Below, one piece after another: positions 35,849-46,099 of a stretch of 64,000 nt of DNA (positions within the stretch are counted from its first letter, which is position 1; the number at the start of each line of letters is the position of its first letter). The DNA lies in assembly GCA_963798915.1 (NCBI GenBank), contig CAWCVB010000002.1:352001-416000 (forward strand). Reading direction: 5' to 3'. The position numbers were made by a program, and so were the translations under genes. The notes beneath the pieces were generated by a model. That model was not told the DNA's origin. It saw only the letters and a program-made list of their open reading frames with translations, and did not search any database. The DNA comes from an uncultured Gemmatimonadales bacterium (lineage in GTDB: Bacteria > Gemmatimonadota > Gemmatimonadetes > Gemmatimonadales > GWC2-71-9).

Positions 35849-36229
35849 TCAGGATGTCGCCTCGCTCAGCACCTGATTGCGCACCTCGTCCCGCAACCGC
35901 TCCAGCACCACCGCCGGCGCGACTGCCAGTCGTTCGCTCGCTTCTTTCACGAAGTTGAGCAGCGCCAGCCGGTGTTCGAGTGCCATCCCGTCCGTGCCGA
36001 GGGAGATGGTATTGCCGCAGGGGCAGTTGGCCAACGCCATCGAACCGAGCGGCTCGTCGGGCGCCCAGTCGCCCAGCTCGGCGTCGTAGGACCTAACGCC
36101 TCCGACGGTCTCCGTCGTGAGGATGTAATCGCGGAGCGTGGCGAATGTCCTGCCGCAGCCGGAGCAGCTCCTGGGAAAGAGCCCCTCGAAATGTCGCCGG
36201 ATCAGCAGCAACGCCTCCGCCTCGGTCAC
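35849..36229 (-). CDS. Hypothetical protein with CxxC...CxC
   Basis: FPRSCSGCG and NCPCGNT motifs. Confidence 0.6.
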   Translation of the reverse strand: MTEAEALLLIRRHFEGLFPRSCSGCGRTFATLRDYILTTETVGGVRSYDAELGDWAPDEPLGSMALANCPCGNTISLGTDGMALEHRLALLNFVKEASERLAVAPAVVLERLRDEVRNQVLSEATS

Positions 36230-36478
36230 CGGAACTGCTGTTGCACAAACATGTAGGCCTCGTCGGGCGACCGGCCCGCGTCGATCAGGAGCGAGGTGGG
36301 GACGCCGTCCGCCGCGCCGCTGGTGTCGCTGATGGGTTGCAGCGGCGGCAATCACGCTCGGCCATGAGCTGGCGCCGAGCCCCCGGCGCTTCTTTGGCAC
36401 CACACAGAGCGGCGGTTTAATGTTTCGCCTCGGCGAGCGAGAGGCAAGTTCACGGCGACGCCGGGAAAAGCGCCCGTC

Positions 36479-37177
36479 TCAGGCCCCTGCCGCATCGGTT
36501 CCGGCTGCCTGCAGCAGCACGTCACAATACTGGAACCGGCCATCCCGCAGCAGCCGTTCGCCGGTCGTCAGCGGGATAGGCGTCCCGAACACCGGGCCGC
36601 GATAGACGCAGGTGTGGAACTCGCCCCGTTCGCCACAGGGATCGACGGTCGCCGGTAACTGATCCAGGAGCGTGGCGTCGAACTCCCGCCCGGCAAACCC
36701 AGCGTCCAGCTGGGTGGTGTCCACACACGTGAGCACAGCGCCGTACCCGCCGCGCACAAAGTGCCGAGCCAGCGCCGTGGTATCGCGACCCCAGAGTGGA
36801 AACACACCGCGCCAGCCGAGGCGGGAAAGCAGCGCCTCCCGGTAGGTTCGCACGTCGTCAAGAAAGAGGTCGCCAAAGGCGATCTCCCTCACGTCCGGCC
36901 ACTGTTCTCCTGCTGCCTCGAGCGCAGCGGCAAACGCCGCCTCGTACTCGTCGTTGGTACAGCCCGGCGCAATCGCCGCCTCGATGAGTGGGAGTCCCAG
37001 CGATGCCACCTGCGCCTCCAGCACGGAATGCCGCACGCCGTGGATGCTGATCCGGTCGTAGCCGGTAGTCATGGTGGTGAGCAGCCCGCACACCCGGTCG
37101 CGTCCCTCCGCGCGAAGCGCCTCGAGCGCCAGGGTGCTGTCCTTCCCACCGCTCCATGCCAGCAGCAGGTCGCTCAT
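36479..37177 (-). CDS. Diphthine-ammonia ligase-like PP-loop ATPase
   Basis: WSGGKDS, FGDLFL, DPCGERGEFHT. Confidence 0.9.
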   Translation of the reverse strand: MSDLLLAWSGGKDSTLALEALRAEGRDRVCGLLTTMTTGYDRISIHGVRHSVLEAQVASLGLPLIEAAIAPGCTNDEYEAAFAAALEAAGEQWPDVREIAFGDLFLDDVRTYREALLSRLGWRGVFPLWGRDTTALARHFVRGGYGAVLTCVDTTQLDAGFAGREFDATLLDQLPATVDPCGERGEFHTCVYRGPVFGTPIPLTTGERLLRDGRFQYCDVLLQAAGTDAAGA

Positions 37178-37181
37178 GCAG

Positions 37182-37602
37182 TCATCCCCGGCTCTCCAGG
37201 AATTCTCGCAGCACCCGGGCAAGCGCATCCGGCTGCTCATCCGGCGTGAAGTGGCCCGACGAAGCAATGACGTGACCCTGCACGTTGCTGAGTCCCGCTG
37301 CCCTGAGTCCGCCGAGATAGTCCTCGATCGGAAGGCCGTGCTCCGCCCCTCCTCGGATGTACAACACCGGCGCCACGACGGTGTCACCGTGTCCGGCATT
37401 GTCCTGCGCATCCTCGGGAAAGGCGCGGTACCAGTCAAAGGACGCCCTGAGTGCCTCGGGCCGCGCCGGCACGGCGTGAAAGCCGCCGCCGACATCACGT
37501 CCCACCAGGACAAGCCGGCGGAGTCCGAGTTGCTTCCGTGACATGCAACTGCAGAGTGTCGACGATGAAGTCGCGGTCACGCAGCGCTGTGGATGGAGTC
37601 AT
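37182..37602 (-). pseudogene. Alpha/beta hydrolase (epoxide hydrolase-like) with multiple internal deletions
   Basis: N-terminal LQLHVTE, nucleophile elbow LVLVGRDVGG, FHAVP, and C-terminal WYRAF...SGHFTPDEQP are joined directly. Confidence 0.7.
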
Positions 37603-37637
37603 GCTGAATATCCTTCATGTCCCAGACTGCACGATCT

Positions 37638-38150
37638 TCAGGTATCGATCGGAACCGAGGCCACCTTGGTGATGCTGAGCAGCCGACGGAAGAGCAGCAC
37701 ACCGAGCAGGCCCACCAGCGGCGACGTGACGAGACCGGGAAAGTAACCGCCGACAGTCAACGACAGCAGCGGGTGGGCAAGGCCGTTGGCCATGCTGCCG
37801 ATGGCCAGGAACCAGAGCGCGAAAAGGGCAAGGTGGTGCCGCCTGATCAGCCCGCGAATGCTGATTCCCCAGATGGCAATCCAGAGGAGATTGAACGCGA
37901 CAAAGAAGCCGAGTGACCAGGGCGCCAGGCCCAGCAGCTGGGGGAAGCGCTGGTAGAAGCCGGTAGCGGCCTCCTCCGCGAAGTGCGCCAGCTGAGCCGT
38001 GAGTGCGAGCGTGGCGAGCCGAGCCGTGGCTGAGAGCTCAACGCTGCCTGCGACGGCCGCTCCGCGGGCCACGGTGAGCGACACCGCAACCACGGCGGCG
38101 ATGTCGAGGCCGATCGTGCCGGCGACGATGCTGGTGAACTCTCCTGGCAT
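37638..38150 (-). CDS. HXXEE domain membrane protein
   Basis: HFAEE, N..AH, YFPGL.T. Confidence 0.8.
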   Translation of the reverse strand: MPGEFTSIVAGTIGLDIAAVVAVSLTVARGAAVAGSVELSATARLATLALTAQLAHFAEEAATGFYQRFPQLLGLAPWSLGFFVAFNLLWIAIWGISIRGLIRRHHLALFALWFLAIGSMANGLAHPLLSLTVGGYFPGLVTSPLVGLLGVLLFRRLLSITKVASVPIDT

Positions 38151-38294
38151 GACTCGGCTCCGATGCGTGTGCGCCCGTCATGTCAGGTAAGGTGCCCCGA
38201 TGTGGCCGATCAGGGGAGGGGAAGCAGAAGGCCAGCGGCTGGTAGCCGCCGGCCGGTGGATAAGTGCGCGGGGGATCGCTTCAGTGCCTGCCGC

Positions 38295-38564
38295 TCAGTC
38301 GAGTTCGCTCCAGGGCACCTTCTTGAGCGCGCCTTCCAGCGTGTGCGCCGGGGTGCCGGTGCAGTGGACTCCATCCTCCGCTTCCACCTCGGCGTGGAAC
38401 CGGGGATGCTCTTCCTCGACGCCCAGGTCATAGATGCGGATCGTAAATTCCTGGTGGGCTCCGTCCTTGCGGATGCGGTGACCGCGATATTCGGTTACCT
38501 GCTCCACGGCAAAGCAGCCTGAGACGGTCCGGATGTGGTCCAGCACTCCAGTGGTTGCCAGCAT
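38295..38564 (-). CDS. Hypothetical protein
   Basis: ATG after GGGAGG; compact acidic ORF. Confidence 0.55.
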   Translation of the reverse strand: MLATTGVLDHIRTVSGCFAVEQVTEYRGHRIRKDGAHQEFTIRIYDLGVEEEHPRFHAEVEAEDGVHCTGTPAHTLEGALKKVPWSELD

Positions 38565-38656
38565 GCGGCCTCCCGCGGTTGAGATCACTGCCTTCTATGT
38601 ACCAGCCGCACCGTGACCCCGACCTGAATCGTGCATGAAGCCGTCTTCATGATGTC

Positions 38657-39292
38657 CTAAGGTTCTCGTCCGCTGGCCCACGCTCGCACCGGATCCAGCC
38701 ACGCCTTCCTTGGCTGAAAGAAGGTTCCGTGGCCGAGGCCAAGACTGAGCGGGATTTCCTGCACCTGCGTTCCCGGGCTGCGGTGCACGAACATCGGCGC
38801 GCAGGAGACGCCCAGGGTGTCGCTGGTTTCGTAGAGGGACAGCAGCCGGCCGGCCACATGCAGGTCGGGTTCGAACGCCCAGGGACCACACGCGGCCATG
38901 AAGACAAACGAAATAGCCGGTTTCTGGAGCTTGGCCGAGGTGAGGATCGCCATCCAGCCGCCCTTGGAAAATCCGGCGACGGTGATGTTGGCGGGCGGGA
39001 CGCCCAAGGCCAGAAGGCTGTCCACCTGCTGGGCAACATGAGAGGCAAACGAGTCAGAATTGGCGTTGGGACCCCGCTGGTCGCTCAGGACAACAAAGCC
39101 GGCGCTCCGGAGGCTGTCCAGGATCGCGTCGTACTCGTACACGTCGAACACGGGGTCAGTCGGGTGACGCCCCGCGTCTTCCACGATCCGGGCGTGCAGG
39201 TAGATCACGTAGCGCCGGGACGCCGACCGGCCGCACCCGGTATTGGCAACGAGGCTGAGCAGGAGGAACAACAGTGGCCGTGCTCGTGACAT
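38657..39292 (-). CDS. Exported alpha/beta hydrolase
   Basis: YLHARIVE, GFSKG nucleophile motif, GHG. Confidence 0.75.
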   Translation of the reverse strand: MSRARPLLFLLLSLVANTGCGRSASRRYVIYLHARIVEDAGRHPTDPVFDVYEYDAILDSLRSAGFVVLSDQRGPNANSDSFASHVAQQVDSLLALGVPPANITVAGFSKGGWMAILTSAKLQKPAISFVFMAACGPWAFEPDLHVAGRLLSLYETSDTLGVSCAPMFVHRSPGTQVQEIPLSLGLGHGTFFQPRKAWLDPVRAWASGREP

Positions 39293-39307
39293 GAAACGCC
39301 GCCTGGT

Positions 39308-39938
39308 TCAATGCGTGAACGACTGAGCAAGCCGGGGCGCAGCTGGTCCCGGCTTCTCGCTGAAGTAATAATGATTTTCTCCCTCGTCGTCCGTCTCATC
39401 AACCAGCAGGAGGCCACTTGTTTCGAGCATTCGCCGATATACGTCCGAGCCCAGCGAGCATGACGGCCGCCCGGTCAGGCTGTCCTGCCATTGGCAGACC
39501 TGTCGCGGGGCGGTGAACAGGAAGCGGCCGCCCGGCACCAGTGCCGCCGCCACCTTGCGAATCACAGTCTGCCTGTACGTCCGGTGGAAGCAGAAAGAGG
39601 AGGCCCCACGCCAGTATGCCATCGAATGTGCGATCGAAGAACTTCGAGGATTCCACCGCATGGCACTCCGTCGCCACATCGGGGAATCGGTCGTGGAATG
39701 CGGCCAGCAGGCGTGGCGAGGCGTCGATTCCGTAGAGGGTGACGCCCATCTCGATGAGCACCTCGGAGATCGGCACGCCGTGGCCACACCCCAGTTCCAG
39801 GACGGTGGCGCCCGTCGGCAGCGCCATGGCCCAGTCGCGCACCGTTGCTGCGCCTGTTGTTGCCGAGCGAATCGCCATGAACCCGTCAGCCGCGTGGTCG
39901 TATCCATGCGAGGGGTCATTCGAGGCAGACCGCTCCAC
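39308..39938 (-). CDS. Class I SAM methyltransferase, frameshifted near 39572
   Basis: VLELGCGHG, GIDAS; LVPGGRFLFT continues in the adjacent frame. Confidence 0.8.
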
Positions 39939-40218
39939 TGCTTCAGCCGCCTGGCGGCGTCGGATGTGGCTCGGTGCCTGTCCGGAGCAGCGCCGACCCG
40001 AACGCTGCGCGTCCCTCGGCTGTCTGACGACGGTCGGTCATTTGGAGACTTCCCCGGCGCGGTCCGACATGCTGAATGCTGAAGGCGTGGGATTTCTGCC
40101 TCATGGCTCCTCATCGTTGGCGTCGTGACGGATCTATTGAGTCTATTCCAACGCGGACAGGTAGATCCTTCTGCCGTCGCGCGGCCATAGGATGAGGAAG
40201 CTTCACGACGCTCGATCG

Positions 40219-41808
40219 TCACCCCGGCGCCACAAACCTCCTCGACTGCCGCTCGTAGGCGTGCGCCAGCGCCAACACCCGAGCATCCTCGCCCGGAAGA
40301 CCTACCACCGAAAGATTGAGCGCCGGCATTCCGTCCGCGCCGATCCCCGCCGGCACCGATACCTCGGGCAAGCCGAGCCAATTGCCGTACCCCAGAGCGG
40401 TCCGGACATCGGGCCACCCCTCGGCCAGGCTGAAGGCATTGAACGGCATGGTGGGATAGACCATGGCCGAGACACCAGCAGCGCGCATGGACTTCGCCAG
40501 CGCACCTACCATCTCGGCCCGCGACTTCGCGAACGACTGGCCCGCCGGATCCTTCTCCATGGGCTGTTCAAAGAGCGGTTCGCATTCCTCGAAGGTCTTG
40601 GGCAGGACATCGTAGAACTGCTGATAGGCAGGATAGCCGCGCCGCATCGCCTCGCGCGGGTCATCGGTGCGTCCGGCAAAGTAGAGATAGTACGCGTTGG
40701 CCGTCGCGGCAGGGGAGCGTGAGTCAGGTGGCACGTCGGCTCGCCGGCTCGACGCCTCGGCGAACGCCTGCCGGTAATTCTGCAGCGTCACCGGCGCATC
40801 GAACGGCTCGACCGTGGCGCCGGCGGCCCTGAGGTCGCGCACCGCGCGATCCCACGTCGCCACCGCTTCGGGCGTCATCTGGTCCCTCGGCACATGCGCC
40901 TCGACCAGGCCCAGTCGCACGCCATGCAGCGCGTCATCGCGAAGCCGGGCGAGTGGAGACCCATCCCAATTGCCGCTGAGCGCCAGAGGATCGGACGCAT
41001 CGGCTCCCGCGATGATTGAGAGCAGCAGGGCCGCATCGGCCACATGACGCGCAAGCGGGCCATGCGTATCGAGGTATGGCCATGTCGGGATGACGCCGTT
41101 CCTCGGCACCAGTCCGAAGGTCGGCTTCATGCCGACGACGCCGGTGCATACGGCCGGAATGCGATTCGACCCACCATCGTCGGTGCCCAGCGCAGCGAAC
41201 GCCATTCCGCACGCCACCGCCACCGCCGATCCCGCGCTCGAGCCGCCAGGCGTGCGCGTGCCGGTGGTGTCGTGGGGATTGAGCACCTGTCCGGTATGAC
41301 TGCTGGTCCCCTGGCCGCGATAGGCAAAGTCATCGGCTGCCGTCTTGCCCAGGACAATGGCGCCAGCCGCACGAAGCCGCGCGACCTCGATCGAATCTCG
41401 TCTGAGAGGATCCGGGAAGAGCCGAGCCCACTCGGCGCTGGAGCCGGTGGTCGGCAGCCCGTTCATGTCGTAGATCGCCTTGGCAAAGACCGGCACACCG
41501 TCGAGCGGGCCGCGCAGCCTGCCCAACTTGCGGCGCGCATCCGCCGCGTTCGCATCGTCGAGCGCTGTCGCCGAGAGGGCATCGATGGCGTGCAGCGCCA
41601 TGCCCCGGCTTTGGCAGCGTTCCTGCGCGTGAGCAGTGACCTCGGCGGCGCTCCACTTCCCGCGATGGAAGCCGGCGAGGTAGTCGGCGATGGTGCCATC
41701 CAGCGGATCGGAATCGCTGCCGGCAAGTGCCCAGGCAGGACGAGGGACTGCGCTCATGGCGGTGAGGACGGCGAGGCGGGCAATCGCGTCACGTCGGGAG
41801 AGGGTCAT
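40219..41808 (-). CDS. Amidase-signature family enzyme with Tat signal
   Basis: SRRDAI, GPLDGVP, PGGSSAGS, GTDDGGSNRIPA. Confidence 0.9.
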   Translation of the reverse strand: MTLSRRDAIARLAVLTAMSAVPRPAWALAGSDSDPLDGTIADYLAGFHRGKWSAAEVTAHAQERCQSRGMALHAIDALSATALDDANAADARRKLGRLRGPLDGVPVFAKAIYDMNGLPTTGSSAEWARLFPDPLRRDSIEVARLRAAGAIVLGKTAADDFAYRGQGTSSHTGQVLNPHDTTGTRTPGGSSAGSAVAVACGMAFAALGTDDGGSNRIPAVCTGVVGMKPTFGLVPRNGVIPTWPYLDTHGPLARHVADAALLLSIIAGADASDPLALSGNWDGSPLARLRDDALHGVRLGLVEAHVPRDQMTPEAVATWDRAVRDLRAAGATVEPFDAPVTLQNYRQAFAEASSRRADVPPDSRSPAATANAYYLYFAGRTDDPREAMRRGYPAYQQFYDVLPKTFEECEPLFEQPMEKDPAGQSFAKSRAEMVGALAKSMRAAGVSAMVYPTMPFNAFSLAEGWPDVRTALGYGNWLGLPEVSVPAGIGADGMPALNLSVVGLPGEDARVLALAHAYERQSRRFVAPG

Positions 41809-41858
41809 GGGAGTCACGGGTCGCGGGTCGCGGGTCGACGGTCAACGGTCTGATGTGG

Positions 41859-41941
41859 TGTCATTCCGAGCGCCGCGAGGAATCTGCCCGGCCACGTTTC
41901 GGAACCGGGTGAGCTGATCCTTCGCTTCGCTCAGGATGACA
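41859..41941. repeat. TGTCAT...GATGACA palindromic element flanked by heptamer repeats
   Basis: TGTCATTCCGAGCG...GATCCTTCGCTTCGCTCAGGATGACA. Confidence 0.8.
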
Positions 41942-42026
41942 ACATGGGCTGGTCGTTTCCCTATGGACTGACGACCGTCGACCGTCGACCAAATGTGCCC
42001 TCTCACGGGCCATCGTCAATAGCCAC

Positions 42027-43898
42027 CTACTTCCCCTTCCACGAATTGTCCCCTGGCCCCGCATCCACCCAGATCCCGCCATCGATGCTCACGGCCCGAA
42101 CCGCGCTGGATGTGCGCACCGGGATGGTTGCCGTGCCACTTTCCTGCTGCCACACCGCCGCGGTTTGGTGCAGCCGCTGAACCGATCCGTCTGCCAGCGT
42201 CACGACCAGGTCGAATGGCGCATCCATCCCGCCCACGTTCTCCACGGTAACGGCATACCCGTCACGCGTCTTCGTTACGCCCTTGACGGCGAGGTCAATG
42301 TAGCCGTTGCCAAAGTACCAGTTGGTCCAGAACCAGTCGAGCGGGCGGCCTGCGACGTTGTCGAAGGTGTAGAAGAAGTCCCAGGGTGTTGGATGCTTGC
42401 CGTGCCAGCGCTCCATGTAGGCATGCAGGCACTTCCCGAAGAGGTCGTCGCCCAGCATGTCCTTCATCGCGAGATAGCCGAGGGACGGCTTGCCGTAGGC
42501 ATTGATACCGTAGGCGGAACCGGTGAGCGCGTCGGCCGGTGTGATGATGGGCAGATCCTGTTCGGGTGCCGTGCTCCGGGCCCATCCGTTGATGCGGAAT
42601 CGCTGGTAGAGCGAGGTCGCGGCGCTGTCGCCCATGTCCTGCTGGTTGATCAGGTACTCGAAGGTGGTGGCCCAGCCTTCATCCATGAACGCGTAGCGGG
42701 TCTCGTTGATGCCCATATAGAACGGCATGTAGGTGTGGGCAATCTCGTGCGCGACCACGAACTGCGCGAACGCCGTATCGGCGTACGACTCGTCATTCGC
42801 CATCATGGGGTATTCCATCCCCGCGCCGCCCTGGAACGCCGTCATCTTCTCATACGGATAGGGCACACCCGGCCATCTGTGCGAGAGAAAATCGAGCGAG
42901 TGGCGGACGTACTTCACCATGTGGTGAAAGTCGCTCGCGCTGTCGTTGTAGGCGGCCTGGGTGCTGGCTCGGCGACCACGTTCCACCACGACGCTGGCGG
43001 CGTCCCAGTCGTAGTGGTTGCTCAGCCCAAAGGCCATGTCGGGGATGTCGCTGGCGGTGAAGTGCCAGCTGTTCCGCATGCCCTGCGTGGTGATCTTGCC
43101 GGCGCCGATGTCGGCACCGGTGGCGACGTGGATGGCGGTGTCGCTGGTGAACGACGCCTTGAACCGCGCCAGCGGCGCTGGCTGCAGCAGGCTATCGACG
43201 TTGACCAGCGTGCCGGTGCCCCAGACGACGAAGTCGGCCGGGGCGTTCACGGTCACGTCGTAGTCGTTGAAGTCGCTGTAGAACTCGTGGCCGGTATGCT
43301 CCATCCGGTCCCAGCCGTTATAGTCGTCGTACACCGCCACGCGGGGATAGAAGTAGGCCAGGTAATAGGTGGTGGAGTCAATCACCCCCTCGCGTCCCGC
43401 GCGCTCGGAAACGTCGTAATACCAGTCGAATGCCAGCTCGACCGACGCGTGCGGCGCGAGCGCGGATGGCAGGCGCACGGGCTGCCAGGTGAAGTACCGT
43501 GGCGAATCGAGCCACTTCTGTGGGTGGCCATTCACTGCAAACGACCGGATGTGCACGCCGGAGGTGAGGAAGTCGTCCGAGGCTCCCCCGGTGCGGGGCG
43601 CGCCTGGCTTGTGGGCATTACCGAACAGCCGGATCGTGAGCGTGGTGAGGGTATCGGGGCTGTTGTTGGTGTAGGTGATGCGCTCACTGCCCGAGATGAG
43701 GCGGTCCGGGGGCATCGCCGAGATGGTGATGACGTAGCTCCCGTGGTTCTGCCAATAGTGAGTGCCCGGCTTCCCGTCGAGGGAGCGGGTGCCCTCGGCA
43801 TAGGTTCGCTTGATCGCCCTGGGCATGTAGAGCGACTGGGCGGAGGCGGCGGGAGCGGCGACGAGGACCAGCATCGAGGCGAGCACAGTGCGGCGCAT
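42027..43898 (-). CDS. Secreted M1 family metallopeptidase
   Basis: GMEYPM, HEIAH-x18-E (FMDEG). Confidence 0.9.
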   Translation of the reverse strand: MRRTVLASMLVLVAAPAASAQSLYMPRAIKRTYAEGTRSLDGKPGTHYWQNHGSYVITISAMPPDRLISGSERITYTNNSPDTLTTLTIRLFGNAHKPGAPRTGGASDDFLTSGVHIRSFAVNGHPQKWLDSPRYFTWQPVRLPSALAPHASVELAFDWYYDVSERAGREGVIDSTTYYLAYFYPRVAVYDDYNGWDRMEHTGHEFYSDFNDYDVTVNAPADFVVWGTGTLVNVDSLLQPAPLARFKASFTSDTAIHVATGADIGAGKITTQGMRNSWHFTASDIPDMAFGLSNHYDWDAASVVVERGRRASTQAAYNDSASDFHHMVKYVRHSLDFLSHRWPGVPYPYEKMTAFQGGAGMEYPMMANDESYADTAFAQFVVAHEIAHTYMPFYMGINETRYAFMDEGWATTFEYLINQQDMGDSAATSLYQRFRINGWARSTAPEQDLPIITPADALTGSAYGINAYGKPSLGYLAMKDMLGDDLFGKCLHAYMERWHGKHPTPWDFFYTFDNVAGRPLDWFWTNWYFGNGYIDLAVKGVTKTRDGYAVTVENVGGMDAPFDLVVTLADGSVQRLHQTAAVWQQESGTATIPVRTSSAVRAVSIDGGIWVDAGPGDNSWKGK

Positions 43899-43999
43899 GG
43901 CAGCGGGTTCCTTGATGTACGGGGGCTGAGGTTCCAACATAACCCGTACGGAGAGCCTTGCGGAAAGTGCCAGCGGCGACTGCATGCGAGAGCACGCAA

Positions 44000-44151
44000 G
44001 GGTCGTCGGTCTTCGGTCTTCGGTCGTCGGTCGTCGGTCTTAGGTCGAGAGTCGAGAAGGTGTGTCATCCCGAGCGAGCAGGGCGAGTGAGGGATCTACT
44101 CGTCCTGTCCCGACGCTGGCCAGTAGATCCCTCGCTTTGCTCGGGATGACA
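44000..44151. repeat. Heptamer array plus TGTCATCC...GGATGACA palindromic element (44063-44151)
   Basis: Visible directly. Confidence 0.8.
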
Positions 44152-44163
44152 TATCACTACGTT

Positions 44164-44226
44164 CGTCCTGCCCGTCCTGCCCGTCCTGCCCGTCCTGCCC
44201 GTCCTGCCCGTCCTGCCCGTCCTGCC
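44164..44226. repeat. Nonamer microsatellite (CGTCCTGCC)7
   Basis: Visible directly. Confidence 0.95.
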
Positions 44227-44229
44227 GCT

Positions 44230-44400
44230 GGTTGCCGCAAAGGAGAGGGTTTCTCCCGCCAGGAGCAGCGCCAGCACGCCACCGGCCAACCCAAGTGGGA
44301 TCACCGAGGCCACGATCAGCGTCGAACGAAAAGTGCGGAACTCGAGCACCAGTATGGCCAGTATCGCAAAGGTGGCCACGATGATGGCGCCGCCCATGTC
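44230..44400 (-). pseudogene. RND (AcrB-like) permease internal fragment
   Basis: AILAILVLEFRTFRSTLIVASVIPLGLAGGVLALLLAGETLSF, typical of RND TM8-TM9. Confidence 0.7.
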
Positions 44401-44562
44401 CCGTCGCAGGTCGAATCCTGGCATTGATCAATGGCCAGGCGGCGAATAACGTGCGATTGCTGTATGCCCCGCAGTCAGGGGCCTTCCTGCAGACTTGAAT
44501 TGGCGGGGCCGGCCAGCGCCGGTCGGTGCAGCGGGCGCACCGGTCCCTTCGGGGGCAGTGAC

Positions 44563-45054
44563 ATGACTATGAACAGGGCGGGCGCACTCCCGCTACGACT
44601 GATGCTGGGGATCGGGTTCATCATCCATGGCCTTCCCAAGTTCGGCGCGGGGCACCAGATGTTCCTGGCTTCGCTGCAGGGCATGGGGCTCCCGCAACCC
44701 GAACTCACCGCATGGCTGATCGCCGTGCTCGAGGTCGGTGGCGGCTTGCTGCTGCTGGTTGGCTATCAGGTGCGCATCGTGGCGATACTGTTCAGCATCG
44801 AGATGCTCGTCGCCATCATCAAGGTGCACGCACCCAGCGGCTTCAACGCCGTCAACATTACCAGTACGGGACCCAACGGCGTGACCTTCGGCATGCCCGG
44901 CTTCGAGTTTCCCCTGCTGTACCTGGCGATGCTCGTCTCGCTGACATTGAGCGGGGCCGGGTCGCTCTCACTGGATGAGCGGACGACGCAGCTGGCGCCG
45001 CCAAGGCGGGAGCGCGCTTCCGGCGAGCCCATGACGGCGGGCGCTGGAAGATAG
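44563..45054 (+). CDS. DoxX family membrane protein
   Basis: LRLMLG.GFI.HG..K, EVGGGLLLLVG, GFEFPL, GAG.LSLD. Confidence 0.88.
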   Translation: MTMNRAGALPLRLMLGIGFIIHGLPKFGAGHQMFLASLQGMGLPQPELTAWLIAVLEVGGGLLLLVGYQVRIVAILFSIEMLVAIIKVHAPSGFNAVNITSTGPNGVTFGMPGFEFPLLYLAMLVSLTLSGAGSLSLDERTTQLAPPRRERASGEPMTAGAGR

Positions 45055-45149
45055 GAGGCCGAACCGGTGGCGCTGAACCGCATCGGGCCTCCGCACCGCG
45101 AAGCTTGCTTTGCTCGCTTGACACCGGCCTGCGGTGAGGCGACACACGC

Positions 45150-45500
45150 TCAAGGTCTGCCTCGCCAACCACGCACCATGCCGACCCCCAGAAGCATGCC
45201 GACGCCCGCAAGCGAACAGATCAGCACCGGCGTTACGGCCGTGTGCAGGTTGATGACGGCGATCGGAGCGGCCACTGCGAATCCGATGATGCCGCCAGCC
45301 AACGCCCCGCGGCGATCTTCGGACGCGAGCCATCGCAGCCTGGTGACGACGACCACGGCGGCGCCAACTCCGATGGCGCCTCCGACGATTGCTCCGGCGA
45401 AGAGCCCGGGCTTGCCTGCTGCGTTCCCAAGAATGGAACCGATGACGGCACCCAGGCCGGCGAACCCCCAGGCAGCGATGAACACGAGGATGGGTCTCAA
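45150..45500 (-). CDS. Small membrane protein
   Basis: Four Gly-rich hydrophobic segments. Confidence 0.6.
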   Translation of the reverse strand: MRPILVFIAAWGFAGLGAVIGSILGNAAGKPGLFAGAIVGGAIGVGAAVVVVTRLRWLASEDRRGALAGGIIGFAVAAPIAVINLHTAVTPVLICSLAGVGMLLGVGMVRGWRGRP

Positions 45501-45602
45501 GCGTCTTGCCTCGCTCCGGAAGTGGCGTGTTCGCCTAGCGCGCCAGTCGACTAGGAAAGCTCATTATCCCTGCACGCGCCTGAAACGTCGAATCCACCAA
45601 CA

Positions 45603-45959
45603 TCACACCGCGCTGCTGGTTCGGACCTTCAGTATAGACGATGTATGATGGACCAAGAAAAAGGCCTGCAAACCGGAAACTGCCCAGCCGGGGTCACGAG
45701 GCACATTGCCGGCGATGCGTGCGCAGAGGCTCGAGTCTGCCACTGGCGTGATCGAAGTGGGGATCGAATCGAGGCCAGAGTCTTGGAGGAGTTGCCCGAA
45801 TGCAGAATCCCCGACCGCTGCGGTGACATACGCGCGCCATGCTGAGGGTGCAATGTCAGGCGCCGGGCAGATCGTCCGTGTTGGCGCGACAGGTGCCGGC
45901 GCGACGCAGGCAGCGTTGATCATGAGAACGGCGAGAAGGCAACGGTCGGGCGTGGGCAT
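45603..45959 (-). CDS. Hypothetical lipoprotein, second cassette-like ORF
   Basis: Starts 22 nt after the attC core site; NAAC lipobox-like. Confidence 0.45.
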   Translation of the reverse strand: MPTPDRCLLAVLMINAACVAPAPVAPTRTICPAPDIAPSAWRAYVTAAVGDSAFGQLLQDSGLDSIPTSITPVADSSLCARIAGNVPRDPGWAVSGLQAFFLVHHTSSILKVRTSSAV

Positions 45960-45981
45960 ATGCTATACCTGCCTAGCTGCG

Positions 45982-46077
45982 GTCTAACGCCACGGTTCAG
46001 CTGCAGACGCATCAAATATGAGCGCGCGCAGCGCGCAATCAATAGCGCGGATGTCAGACTGCAACCGTTTGTTAGGT
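45982..46077 (-). mobile_element. Integron attC site
   Basis: Minus strand ACCTAAC-AAACGG-TTGCAG...GCTGAA-CCGTGGC-GTTAGAC: RYYYAAC/GTTRRRY ends, L boxes with an extra G, 96 bp. Confidence 0.85.
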
Positions 46078-46099
46078 GGCGCTTTGGCGAGACGTGTGT

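Noticed and set aside
45510..45600. Second attC downstream of the 45603-45959 ORF
   Set aside because: No RYYYAAC box or convincing palindrome; only a degenerate GCTAGGC
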